From assembly GCF_009914755.1 (NCBI RefSeq), contig NC_060947.1: a stretch of DNA of 64,000 nucleotides; one strand, 5' to 3'. The position numbers and the translations under genes were made by a program. Shown one piece after another: positions 25,528 through 42,354 of the stretch; the stretch's first letter is position 1, and every line of letters starts with the position of its first letter. Below the pieces are notes generated by a model that saw only the letters and a program-made list of their open reading frames with translations, searched no databases and was not told the origin of the DNA. The stretch comes from the human T2T-CHM13v2.0 reference genome, Homo sapiens.

Positions 25528-26692
25528 ATTTTATTTTATTTTATTTTATTTTAAGTTCTAGGATACATGTGCAGGACCTGCAGGTTTGTTACAAAGGTAA
25601 ATGTGTGCCGTGGAAGGGGTTTGCTGCACTTATCAACCCATGAACTAGATATTAAGCCTTGTATACATTAGCTTTTTTCCTGTTGCTCTCCCTTCCCCCA
25701 CCCCCCAACAGGCCCCAGTGTGTGTTGTTCCCCTCCTTGTGTCCATGTGTTCTCATTGTTCAGCTCCTACTTATAAGTGAGAACATGTGGGGTTTGGTTT
25801 TCTGTTCCTATGTTAGTTTGCTGAGGATAATGGCTTCCAACTTCATCCATGGCCCTGCAAAGGACATGATCTCATTCCTTTTTATAGCTGCATAGTATTC
25901 CATGTTGTATATGTATCACATTTTCTTTATCCAGTCTATCACTGATGGACATGTGGGTTGCTTCCATGTCCTTGCTATTGTGAATACTGCTGCAATGAAC
26001 ATACGTGTGCATGTATCTTTATAATAGGATGATTTATAATCCTTTGGGTACATGCCCAGTAATGGGATTGCTGGGTCAAACGGTATTTCCGGTTTTAAGT
26101 CTTTGAGGAATCACCACACTGTTTTTCACAATGGTTGGATTAAAGACTTAAATGTAAAACCCAAAACTATAAAAACCTTAGAAGAAAATCAAGGCAATAC
26201 CATTCAGGACATAGGCATGGGCAAAAGATTTTATGACAAAAACATCAAAAGTAATTGCAACAAAAGCAAAAATTGACAAATGGGATCTAATTAAACAAAA
26301 GAGTTTCTGCACAGCAAAAGAAACTATAATCAGAGTGAATAGAAAACTTACAGAAAGAGAAATTTTTTACAATATACCCATCTGACTAAGGTCTAATATA
26401 CACAGTCTACGAGGAACTTAAACAATTTTACAAGTAAAAAACAAACAACCCCATTAAAAAGTGGGCAAAGGACATGAACAGAGAGTTCTCAAAAGAAGAA
26501 ATTTATGCAGCCAACAAACATGAGAAAAAGCTCAACATCACTAATCTTTAGAGAAATGCAAATTAAAACCACAATGAAATACCATCTCACGCCAATCAGA
26601 ATGGCAATTATTAAAAAGTCAAGAAACAACAGATGCTGGCAAGGCTGTGGAGAAATAGGAACACTTTTACACTGTAGGTGGGAATGTAAAAT
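25528..26692 (-). mobile_element. L1PA (L1PA8-13-like) with 5' inversion: minus 25528-26136, plus 26136-26692
   Basis: Antisense 3' end up to cacaatggtt, then sense ORF2 ggattaaagacttaaatg...gtgggaatgtaaa. Confidence 0.9.
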
Positions 26693-26744
26693 AAATTTTT
26701 ATCTATCATTCATTATATGAGATATATTTCAATTCACCTCATGT

Positions 26745-27735
26745 AATTTTTAAACAATGTTATTGAGATATATTTAAAACACCACACAATTCATTTATTT
26801 AATATGTACAATTAAAATGTTTTCAACATATTCACAGTGCTGTGCACCAGTCACCACTAACTAATCTAGAACATTTTCATCATGCCAAAAATAAATCCCA
26901 TGCATATTAACAGTCAGGTCCCATCCCTCCCCTCCCTCAGCTCTTGGCACCACTAACCTATTTTCTGTCTCTAGAGTGTGCCTAATGAGGACACTTCATA
27001 TAAATGAAATAATATAATATGTGGTCTTTTGCAATGGGTTTCTTTCATTTAGCATAATGTTTTTAAGGTTCATCCGTTTTATAGCACATATGAATATTTC
27101 ATTCCTTTATATGGCTCTATAATAGTCCATTATATGCATATATCCAGATGTTGTCTATACATTCACTTGGTGGATGTTTGGGTTGTTTCCATTTGGATAT
27201 TATGGAAAACTCTGTTATGAATATCAGTGTGCAACTTTTTGAGTTGGATATACATTTTTTATTCTTTTGAGTAGATTGAAATCCATTCCAGCAGTGGAAT
27301 TTTTGGTCATATGATAACTCTGTGTTAAACTTTTTGAGGACTGTTGTCAAAGTTGCTAAAATATTTTACATTCTTACCAGCAACGTATCAGGGCTACAAT
27401 TTCTCCATATCCTGGCCAAAACTCATTATTATATACCTTTTATGTTAATATTGTTACAGTGGATAAATGGCAACTTGTGGTTTTTATTTTCATTTCCATA
27501 ATGACTAATGATGTTGAACATAATTTCAGGTAAATATTGGCAATATGTATATCTTTTTAAAACAAATATCTATTCATTTCCTTTGCCTATTTTTAAAATT
27601 GGGTTATTTGCAATTTTATTATTGACTTGTAAGTGTTCTTTACATCCTTTGATACATATTCCTTATCAGATATATGATTTCAAAATATCTCCTATCCTGT
27701 GGGTTATCTTTTCACTTTATTGCTAGCATTGCTTG
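26745..27735 (-). mobile_element. L1MB-like 3' region
   Basis: tattgagatatattt...ctagaacattttcatcatgccaaaa...; antisense L1 motifs. Confidence 0.75.
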
Positions 27736-27815
27736 GAGCACCTCATGTAAGATTTTAAAGCTTTCATTTATGCCATTCAGCAACTATAGCATGAAAATTA
27801 TAGAAAATGTCTTAC

Positions 27816-27962
27816 CCGAACTATTTCACAGTCAACATTTAATTCAGTTGCCACAGCTTCAATTTTCTCTCTACAAACAGAGCCCAGGCTGGTCATGCCA
27901 TTGTCCCAATACTTCTTAAGGGTGGCTAAGTCTCGGTCACTGAACTGAGTGCGGTCCTGTAG
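27816..27962 (-). CDS. HDX: HDX internal coding exon (147 nt): homeodomain N-arm to start of helix 3, LQDRTQFSDRDLATLKKYWDNGMTSLGSVCREKIEAVATELNVDCEIVR
   Basis: Minus strand reads tgtttttcag|CTA CAG GAC CGC ACT CAG TTC ... ATA GTT CGG|gtaaga. 49 open codons, phase 0/0. Joins exon 10605-10812 to give ...IVR|TWIGNRRRK. Missed by the ORF track. Confidence 0.95.
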
Positions 27963-30714
27963 CTGAAAAACACATTTTTAAATTGTTTTGAATTTTAAAG
28001 TTTAGAATAATCAAAGGAAATAATATTATAAAGAGAAGCATCAGGGTGAGATGTGCTACGATACTAGCAAAATTTATTTCACAATTCTTATTCAGTCCTC
28101 CCGTTCTGAAAATAAGCATTTTTATTTTTTAAATTTCCATAACAATACAGTGTGTTAGGAGGAAATGCATAGAATTTTTGAACTGATAGCAATTAAGCAA
28201 TGTTGATTTAAAATAGTTTTAAAATAATACATGTTCATTGTATAAAATACAGGTAAAAAATAAGATAATTTAAATCACTTACATATTAGAAATAATGCTT
28301 GTTAACATTTTAATGTATACTCTTTTAAACTTTTTTCTATAGTACAGATATTTACATTCACATACCAAACACAGAAAAAGCAAAGACAGGCTTATATTAG
28401 TGTGTTGCCTTTTGATAAGTTAATCTAGATTTGCCATACAAATCTAGATATTAGTTTCCTATTGATATTATAATGAATTAAAAAGGTAAATAAGAGAAAA
28501 GTAAGGAGATCACGTAGCCCTAAAATCATATTTATGGCCTCGTCAAGTTTCATAATAAGCCTACCCTTTTTGTTCTTAGGTTTTCTTTATCCAATAAACT
28601 ATCGGATTTACATGTTGTTTTATTTCAATGAATCCTCAGTATCCCTAGGAAGTAAGTTAGAAACATGATAGAATAATGACCTCTACTTTGCTGATAAGGC
28701 ATCAGGAAAAGCTAGGTCAAAGGACTCATTCAACAGGGCACAGAGAGTCCATGGCAGAGCTATAAATAGAAATATCTGAGTTTTTCTAGTTGTTTTTTTT
28801 TCCAGTGATGCCTCAAATTATTTTCAGAGGTGGTGGAAAAATCTAAACACAGGCTTTAATTAAAATATATATATCCTGCAAAGCCCTGTGTGTGTGCTTC
28901 TGATGAAATAGGGAGAGAAAAAAATGAGAGAGACAGAGAGAGAGAGAGACTGTGAGAGTGAATCTGGGACAACTGTTGCAATTCCTGGCTTGAGGTATGG
29001 GGTTCTGTTGCGTTCTTCTGCCTAAGATGATATGATCAAGTCCCACACAGAGGCTAGTCCTCAAATACTCCTTAGACATACAATGTTTTCAACATTTCCT
29101 TTCTAACTGAAATTTAAAATGAAACCTCCTAAGTTAGATTCAGGAAACAGTGGAAAATAATATACACAACATATAAAACATGACTTAATAAAAAGGGTTA
29201 CCATAGCTAAAACTGATGTAATACTAAACAACAGTTGCAAGCATGTTTCTTTTAAAGTTACAAGCTTTTGAATAGTAAATTCAGCCACCGAAAGGAAAAT
29301 AAATATATGAATTCTTGGTTTACTACCAATAAAGTGAAGTTAGATTGAATATTTAAAGCATGCTTCTTCATAAGATATATCATATTTTGTGTGTGTGTGC
29401 GAATAAATTTCATTATCACCTAAATCTTTTCTCTCCTACTTAAAAAATCCCTGATGAGTAACAGTTATTGTAAGTACTAATACTAAATTACGTTTCCAAT
29501 AAATGAATCAAAACATGCCATCTAAGTTTTTTTAAATTAAGAAGACTAATCCTCTAGTTATTTACAACGGAAAAGTAACATTAGGTGTTCAGCCAACATT
29601 GATTGCACAATAGTTGCAGAGCTAAAATTCTTAGAATAAAACAGAGAGCAAGATAAATTATAGTAAGATTCTATGTAGATTCAAATAATTCATCATCACA
29701 GCCAGCATAAATATTCCCATTATTTTCCTTTACATCATATTCTCCAGTGCAAGCTAACATACATAGCTATCATAATGGAAGTGATAATGAATACAACGCT
29801 GATCACACTCAGCTAATTAATTTGTAATTCATTTAGAGGACATCCAAACATGATTCATTCTTTAAACTGACCTAAATAAAACCTGATTTGATTTGCTGGA
29901 AGTGTGCTGGGGTCTTAGCACTAGCAATGCTAAAGGCAACCTATTATGACAATGCCTGTTAAGAAGCATATAGGGGAAGAGCAGTTATTTTTAAAGTTCC
30001 TAAGAGCATATTTTTACTAAGAAAATAAATAAGGTAATACAAGTCAATTCGCAGTAAAACTGTGAATACACATTTAGAGAAGGAAAAAAAAGTGAACATT
30101 TAAAAGAAAAGATGAATTTTTTCCCAGGGAAGCTTGAAGTTGAAGTCAGTTTTGTTTTTCTATTGGACTCTCAAGCCACTTTCACTTTGCAAGGCATCAT
30201 GAAACCTAAACCTGTGGCTGAGGTGAAGGAGGGAGGCAATTATCTTGTTGATTTTGTGAAAAGAGTAGTATTCCAATAACCCAGGCAATCTAGGTGAAAG
30301 CTGAAACTTTAGCCAGGTAACCAGATAACTGTACTTAACAAGTGACTTCACTTGGCTTATATTGCAATGTATAATAATAGAAATCTTCTGTTATTTTCTC
30401 AGCCTCAAGGACACTTCTAAGAGTTTGGTTCTTTGCTTTTCTTTTTAAAATAACATTAAATGACAACACCGATATAGGGATGCAGAGTTTCCTGTTTTAA
30501 GTATGTATCTTGGTTAAATGAGGAGCTGAGTTATATATTTGTACTTAAATGAAACTCCTTTGAAATGACTATTAAAAATCTCTAATTCAACACTGCCCTT
30601 TTGAGTGCAGTGTTGAATTAGTGCCAAACAATTGGCATGATACTACAAATCTAAACTTTTCCACTTAATAGTGTGTGTTAGAGATTTTTCTAAATAATCA
30701 AAAACAGATATGCC

Positions 30715-31520
30715 TCAGTCTTTTTTTAGTGACAAGAACACAATGTGACATCAACCTTCCTAACAAAATTTTCAATGTACAATTCAGTATTGTTATTTAT
30801 AGGCACAACGTCGTACAGCAGATCTCTAGAAGTTATTCACCTTTTTTTTTTTTTTTTTTTTTTTTTTTTGAGATGGAGTCTCGCTCTGTCGCCCAGGCTG
30901 GAGTGCAGTGGTACAATCTTGGCTCACTGCAACCTCTGCCTGCCGGATTCAAGCTGATTCTCCTGCCTTAGCCTCCCGAGTAGCCAGGACTACAGGCGCC
31001 CGCCTCCACGCCCAGCTAATTTTTTGTATTTTTAGTAAGGATGGGGTTTCACCGGTTATTCACCTTTTATAACTGAAATTTTATACCCGTGGAACAGCAA
31101 ACTCCCCATTTCCCTCTCCCACTAGCTCCTAGAAACCACTTTTCTGCTCTCTGGTTCTATGAGTTTGACTATTTTAGATTCCTCATATAAGTGGGATCAA
31201 GGAGTATCACTCTTTCCGTGCCTAGCTTACTTCACTTAACAAAATGACTTCCGGGTTCATCCATGTTGTCCTGTATGGCAGGATTTCCTTCCTTTTTAAG
31301 GTTAAATAAAATTCCATTGTACATATATGAAACATTTTCTCTGTTTTTTTATCCCTCTATGGACATTTAGGTTGTTCCATATTTTGGCTATTGTGAATAA
31401 TGCTGCAGTAAACATTGGAGGGCAGATATCTTCTTGATATCCTGATTTCTTTTTTTTTCAATACCAGATGTGAGATTGGTGGATAATATGGTAATTCTAT
31501 TTTTAATTTTTTGTGTACCT
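30715..31520 (-). mobile_element. L1MA 3' region interrupted by an Alu
   Basis: aaaattttcaatgtacaattcagtattg...agattcctcatataagtgggatc...; antisense L1 3'UTR/ORF2 end. Confidence 0.8.
30842..31054 (-). mobile_element. 5'-truncated AluS/Y (right arm plus part of left arm)
   Basis: Poly-T 30842-30869, Alu body ending at gtttcaccg. TSD gttattcacctttt at 30832-30845 and 31055-31068. Confidence 0.92.
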
Positions 31521-31654
31521 CAGTGTTTTTAACTGCCAAATTGTGCTCCATCATCTGGGCACTCCACACTTTAGTTACAGTTATCTATTGATGGACATTA
31601 TATTTGATGTGAAATTCCTAGCAGTGTGTTTTGATCACCTCCTCTGCTTCCCAC

Positions 31655-32114
31655 TGGTGAGAAAGGGATTTTTGACCTAAAGTCATAGGGATGGCCAAAA
31701 CCATGACACCCAACACTAGATAGATGAGATCAACAGTAGTGTATTAGTCACATATACTCACAGGCTGAGGACATTTTATGCCATGCAGAGCCATATGGGG
31801 CTACACTTAGGAACAGAGTAAACAAGCAGGGTCTGTGGGAGGCAAGCTTTGTAGTAACAAGAAGGTGGTGTAACTCCTGGTTCCCAAAGGAGGATGTGAT
31901 TGGCTTGTTTGAATCATTCTGTGGACTAGCAGGGAACTGAGGGACTCAGAAATAAATAGGCATTGTGTTTGGTGCCCATGATATAAAGAGCTATTTTAAT
32001 AGCATATTTTATCTGCTGGAACACAATGGGGAGGCCCATTCGAGGGTCTCCCAGTTTTCCCTGGATGCCAATATGTGCAGAATATGAGGCCTTAATTTTA
32101 GGCCTTAGACCACA
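31655..32114 (-). mobile_element. ERV solo LTR (MER54-like)
   Basis: Minus strand begins tgtggtctaaggcctaaaattaaggcctcatatt, resembling the MER54 5' end. Confidence 0.6.
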
Positions 32115-32153
32115 AAGTGTCATTAGTGAGCCAAAGAGTACGTGCGTTTAAAT

Positions 32154-34365
<2,212 letters not shown>

Positions 34366-34914
34366 TATTGTTAAGCTGCCTTTGAATGAAGGCAGAAATG
34401 CATGATGGTCCCTTTTTTCCTCTATCTTTTTAAATATTGGGTTTTATTCTACTGTGTAATTTCTGCCAATTTAGTGAAAACATAGCTTCTTATTTTGTTT
34501 TCTTGAAGCATAAGGAGGATTAATCATTTTATATGCTTATTGAACATATGCATTTATTTTTATGTTAAATGCTCATTTAAAGAATCATGGTTTTCTTTCT
34601 TCTTTATTTTTAAAATTTCTATACTCCTAGTTACCGGAACTGTACTAAACATGTGTTAAAGTGTTGTCTTTTTTACACAATGATATTCTAATCACATTGC
34701 ATACATTTTTATTATTAGCAAACTTTTACAACTTTAAATTGTGTATGTGACTTTTACAAAATTTTATGCTCCATATATTGTTTCATTCAATTTATTTATT
34801 AACACAGTTTCTATCTCCAGTGAAAATGGCTTGTTAACTATATGAGGTGCAATATCAGGTTCTCAAAAGTAAGCCTCTTATGTGACTTTTTCTGGGAAAA
34901 AATTAATTTGACTG

Positions 34915-36200
34915 ATGTATTTTTCAAATTGTGGTAAAATATACATAACATTTGCCATTATAAATGCTTTTCAACGTAACATTTGCCATTATAAACCCTT
35001 TTCAATCTACAGTTCAGTAGTGTTAAGTATAGTTACACTGTTGTGCCACCCATCTCTAGAACTTTTTCATATCCATTAAACCAGCAGTCCCCAACATTTT
35101 TGGCACCAGGGACCAGTTTCATGGAAGACAATTTTTTCCACGGATGAGGGTGGGGTTACCGGGGAGGAGGGTTTCAGGATGAAACTGTTTTACCTCACAT
35201 CAGCAGGCATTAATTAGATTCTCATAAGGAGTGCACAACCTAGACCCCTTGCATGCACAGTTCACAATAGGGTTCCTGCTCCTATGATAATTGAGTGCCG
35301 CCACTGATCTGTCAGGAGGCAGAGCTCAGGCATTAATGCTCATTTGCCTGCTGCTCACCTCCTGCTGTGTGGACTCGTACCAGTCCATGGCTCATGGAGT
35401 GGGAACCCTTGCAATAAACTACCCATTTCCCCTCCCCAAACCCCACGCAATGACCATTCTATTAAACCTTCCTTAGCTTAACTACTCTAGATAGCTCATA
35501 TAAATAAAATAATGAAATATTTGTGTTTATGTAACTGGCTAATTTCACTTAGCATAATGTCCTCAAAGTTTATCTATGTCACAGCATGTGTCAGAATTTC
35601 CTTCCTTTGTAAGAATGAATAATATTTCATTGTATGCATGTACCAAATTTTTGTTCATACATTCATTCATTGATGGATATTTAGATTGTTTCCATGTTTT
35701 GGCTGTTGTGAATAATGGTATGCATATAGGCATACAAATATCTTTTCAAAACCCTGTTTTTAATTCCTTGGAATATATACCCAGAAGTGGAATTGTTGGA
35801 TCATAGGGTAATTCTATTTTTCATTTTTTGAGAAACCTCCATACTGTTTTCCCCAGCAGATATACCATCTCACATTCCCACTAACAGTGCATAGAGGTTT
35901 TAATTTCTCTATCTCCTCACTAACCCTTGCCATTTTCTGAACATGTGTGCGTGTTTTTGCACCTCTGTGTGTTTTTACAGTAGATATCCTAATTGGTGTG
36001 AGGTGAAATCTCATTGAGTCTTTGATTTGCATTTCCCTGTTGATTAGTGATGTTGAGCATCTTTCTATACGCTTGTTGGCTACTTGTACATCTTTTTTGG
36101 AGAAGTTCCCATTCAAGTCCTTTGCCCATTGTTTAAATGGGTTATTTGTTTTTGGTATTGAGTTGTAGGAGTTGTAAAAATATATTCCTGATATTAACAT
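34915..36200 (-). mobile_element. L1MB-like 3' region interrupted by MER1B; 31-bp tandem duplication at 34946-35007
   Basis: attgtggtaaaatatacataaca...; ORF 35814..36200(-) is an L1 ORF2 C-terminal remnant (REMQIK). Confidence 0.85.
35082..35411 (+). mobile_element. MER1B hAT-Charlie DNA transposon
   Basis: cagcagtccccaacatttttggcaccagggaccagtttcatggaagacaatttttccacgg...gggaacccttg. 8-bp TSD cattaaac (35074-35081) / caataaac (35412-35419). Confidence 0.9.
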
Positions 36201-36268
36201 CCTTCAATAAGAAAGTTATCTTTTACATTCTAATAGTTTCTGATCCTTGACTTTCTGAAATGCATCTT

Positions 36269-36781
36269 TGTGGTAGTTAATTTAATGTGTCAATTTGACT
36301 GGGCTAAGGGGTGCCCAAGCATTTGGTCAAACATTATTCTGGGTGTGTTGTGAAGATGTTTCTGAATTAGATTAACATATAAATCAGTAGACTGAGTTAA
36401 GTAGATTGCCCTTCCTAATGTGAATGGGCCTCATCTATTTAATTGAAGACTGGAACTGAACAAAAAGCCTGAGTATGAAAGAATTCCTCTTGCCTGATTG
36501 TTGAGGTGGGACACTCGTGTTTTCTATCCTTTGGACTCAGACTGAAGCATCGGTTCTTCTTGGATCTTGAAGCTGCTGGATTTGGGACTGGAATTTACTG
36601 GACTTGGCTTTCCTCGTTCGCAGGCCTTTGGACTGAGACCAATACTACATATCATCTTTCCTTGGTCCCCAGCTTGCAGACTGAGGATTGTGAGACCTCT
36701 GCTTTCACAATAGTGGGAGACAATTCTTTATCTCCATCCAATCTATGAGTTCTGTTTCTCTGGAGATCGCTGCCTAATATA
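36269..36781 (+). mobile_element. ERVL solo LTR (MLT2-like)
   Basis: tgtggtagttaatttaatgtgtcaatttgactgggc...ttctgtttctctggaga...ctaata. Confidence 0.85.
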
Positions 36782-37519
36782 AACCACTTACCATCACAAA
36801 ACTACTTGAAATTTATTCTTGAAAAGAACTTCGTTCAATCTTACAGAATAGGGGTCTGGGCAAGAGTTACCTTTTGGCTTTCAGTCTCTGGAGTTCTGGC
36901 ATCCAAATCCCTGACCCACTCCTTTCCAAATATACCATATGTGAGAAAGTGCTGTCATTGTCAGTTTATTTATTTTAAAAAGATCAACAGTGAATTCTAG
37001 AGTTTCAACTGACATTGCTCGGCTAACATTTTACTTGTCTTACAAGCAGTGTCAATCACAATGCTCTGCTAGGGAAATGTCATACAAATAGAAAATTTCT
37101 ACTGATAAGCAGAAGTGGAACAAGACCCCCTATTATCATAGCTAAGCTTAAAAGCATTGAATGAAGATAGCTACACTTCTTAAGGAATTCCCTTGAAAAA
37201 TTAACTAATCCTCTTTGGACAGAATTGAATAAGTTATTTTTATTCTAAACCTAGCAGGAAGTATCTTTAATATAAAATAGAAGAATTGTTGGTAAGCCTC
37301 TGTATATAATTGCAAACTTGTCAAAAACAAAACAAAACAAAATATCACATGTAAGGTCCATCATTTCAACATATATGTACAACACTTCTATTCTCCAGCA
37401 ACAAACATTTAAAGCCAGAAATAGCATAGGTTTTTATTATGTGGAGCACATCGTAAGGGCTTACAACTGGTAACAAATAGAAGCTGAAAATTTTCTCCTC
37501 AGTGCAAAACAGTGGGAAT

Positions 37520-37715
37520 CCAGAAAATCCTGTATTTGAATCTCAGTTCTGTCTCTTCCTAGTTGTGAAAAAATGACTTAATCTCTCTCTGAAGCTTATT
37601 TTCATTATGTTAAAATGGGCATAATTCTACCCACCTCAGAGGATTGCTAAAAAAGATTAAATGAGAAAACACATGTAAAATAAATCAGGTTCATATTCAT
37701 AGCAACCTAGTAAAC
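37520..37715 (+). mobile_element. MIR fragment
   Basis: tttgaatctcagttctg...acttaatctctctgaagcttattttcatt...aaaatggg...gattaaatgaga. Confidence 0.65.
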
Positions 37716-39722
37716 ATGAGCCTTCTTCTGAAACCTACCCCACATACACACACCTGTATCCTAAATGGGAAGAAAAATACAGGTGCTATGAGGGGAGACT
37801 AACTTAACAGGAGAATCACAGGTACCTGAGAGAATAAACTGCTTTTTTAGAAAGAGCAGCAATAGCTGAGCATGCTTGGATTTTGCTCCAGCTTCTTTGT
37901 GAAGGGCATCTCGTGCTGGCTATTGTTTTGTTCTTTTAGATATTATACATTTCTGTATATTTAAAGCAGGGTGTCACAGCCCCCATGGAACACAGATGTC
38001 ACTCACATGACAGCTAGCATGTGGAAAAGGTCTGATTTCCTGCCTTGCTGGTATCATCATATCACCATTCAAAGTATCTCAGGTTCACATTTGATGCTTA
38101 TTGCCTATTTTTATGTGCTCTCTGAGGAGAATTATTCGTTAATGAAATTAAATGTGGGGGCCTAGTACCCTGCTGCGAAGTTCTAGAATTGAACAGCAAT
38201 CTGCGGCAAGCTCCTGCAATATGGCATCTGGTTGGCTGCCCACTTTCACCATATCTACTGTTAACTTCCTACAGTGATTAGGCACCAGTTATATGTCTCC
38301 ATTGTTTAGTGATGAGAAAATTGTGGAGAGTTTGGTTAAAAAATAAATCAAAATAGGAAATTTACAAGAAAATGTAATTTGAAAGAATTCTATTGTTGAT
38401 ACAATAAAATAAATCTGTAGATGTCTTCGAATGGCCAGATATAATAAGACAGAACAGCAGCTGTTGAGACAGAAAGAAGTGGGAGTCAAAGAATTATAGA
38501 AAAAGAGGGTAGTCATAGTAATAAACTAGGTAGTTCAGCACTAAGGAAAACTTGCATAATTTTCCTTGCATAGCTCTCACAATCTTAAGCCAACATCAGA
38601 AAGTGCTGTTACATTTTAAAATATTAAGTATTTTTTTGGCATCATGTACAGTCATCAGGTTACCCATATATATATTTTATATGCAACTTTAAGACATGAT
38701 TAAAATAACTTTTTGCATAGCCTTAATTAAAAAGAAAAATCAGTGGTAAACCTTTCACTATATAGGATCATTTTGTCAGCTGGCCACTTCACATTATTGA
38801 GTATCTACTAGGCATGTGGTACATAAGCACACAGCAAGTTTACATTTGCTTTCACTAAAACTGATGTTTGACCAAGGATTCTGTAATATAAGTTTGAAAC
38901 CTGCTAGAGTTTTGCATTTTAATTTTTTTCATTTAATCTCATTGCATTGTGTAAGTTCTTTTTTGTTCTTACAGTTTTAAAAAACATTTTAATCTTACAG
39001 ATCTAAAGCACAACAAATAACTAAAAGCGAGAATTGTTCTTGTAAAATGTAAACTCCCAAAGGTTTATCATAGATATGACTTAGCTGTGTTCTTATCTGT
39101 GAATGGGAAAGCTTCTGCAATGTGTACAGAACAATTATTATCACAAAAATTCAGAACTTGATTTACAGTAGGTGAGAGACAAGGCAGTTTAAATTAATAA
39201 AATGTTTATAAAGCAGAAAATTATCCTGCCATCTCCATCTCTACCCCTAAATCTCCTCAGGTGCTAAGAAATTATAATTACTTTGAAAATGTATATAAAA
39301 TACTCATAGTTTTAAACTGATAGTGTTAAGATAATCCATGTGATTAAATTGTCTAAATATAGAAATATTTTATTTGCATTAAAATATGTCATTTTTAATA
39401 ACTTGTGGGTTAATTCATAAAAGCTGATGTTTTCAGAATAGATTAAAACAAAACAACAAAACACATAGGTATTTTCCAAAGAATAAGACCTAGTTTAAGG
39501 AAAAGCCATGACATAGCAAACAGGATGTGCCTAACTTACTCATGTTTGAAAGAATGAAAAACAGAGCTATTTTGACGAGGAGCACTTTTGATAGGAAATG
39601 TTGCCCCAAATCGGCTTCTATCCATGTATGGAAACACAAGAATCTGTTAGGGAATGTGGGTAGGCAGACATTTGGTTCAGAGTCTTGACACATTGAAAAT
39701 TGTGGTAAAAGAATTCAGGTAT

Positions 39723-42278
<2,556 letters not shown>

Positions 42279-42354
42279 CAAATTGAAAAGTGAAAAGTGT
42301 ATTTGAATCACTTCAAACTTTTTCTTAAAGAAGAAAAACAATTTTTGGCTTAGA

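Noticed and set aside
27674-28119. ORFs 27674..27919(+) and 27937..28119(-)
   Set aside because: One is antisense to, and the other out of frame with, the real 147-nt HDX exon; neither has a recognisable product.
34946-35007. 31-bp direct repeat pair, superficially like a repeat-spacer array
   Set aside because: Two adjacent copies with no spacer inside an L1 3' end; a simple tandem duplication. Nothing CRISPR-like exists in this eukaryotic window.
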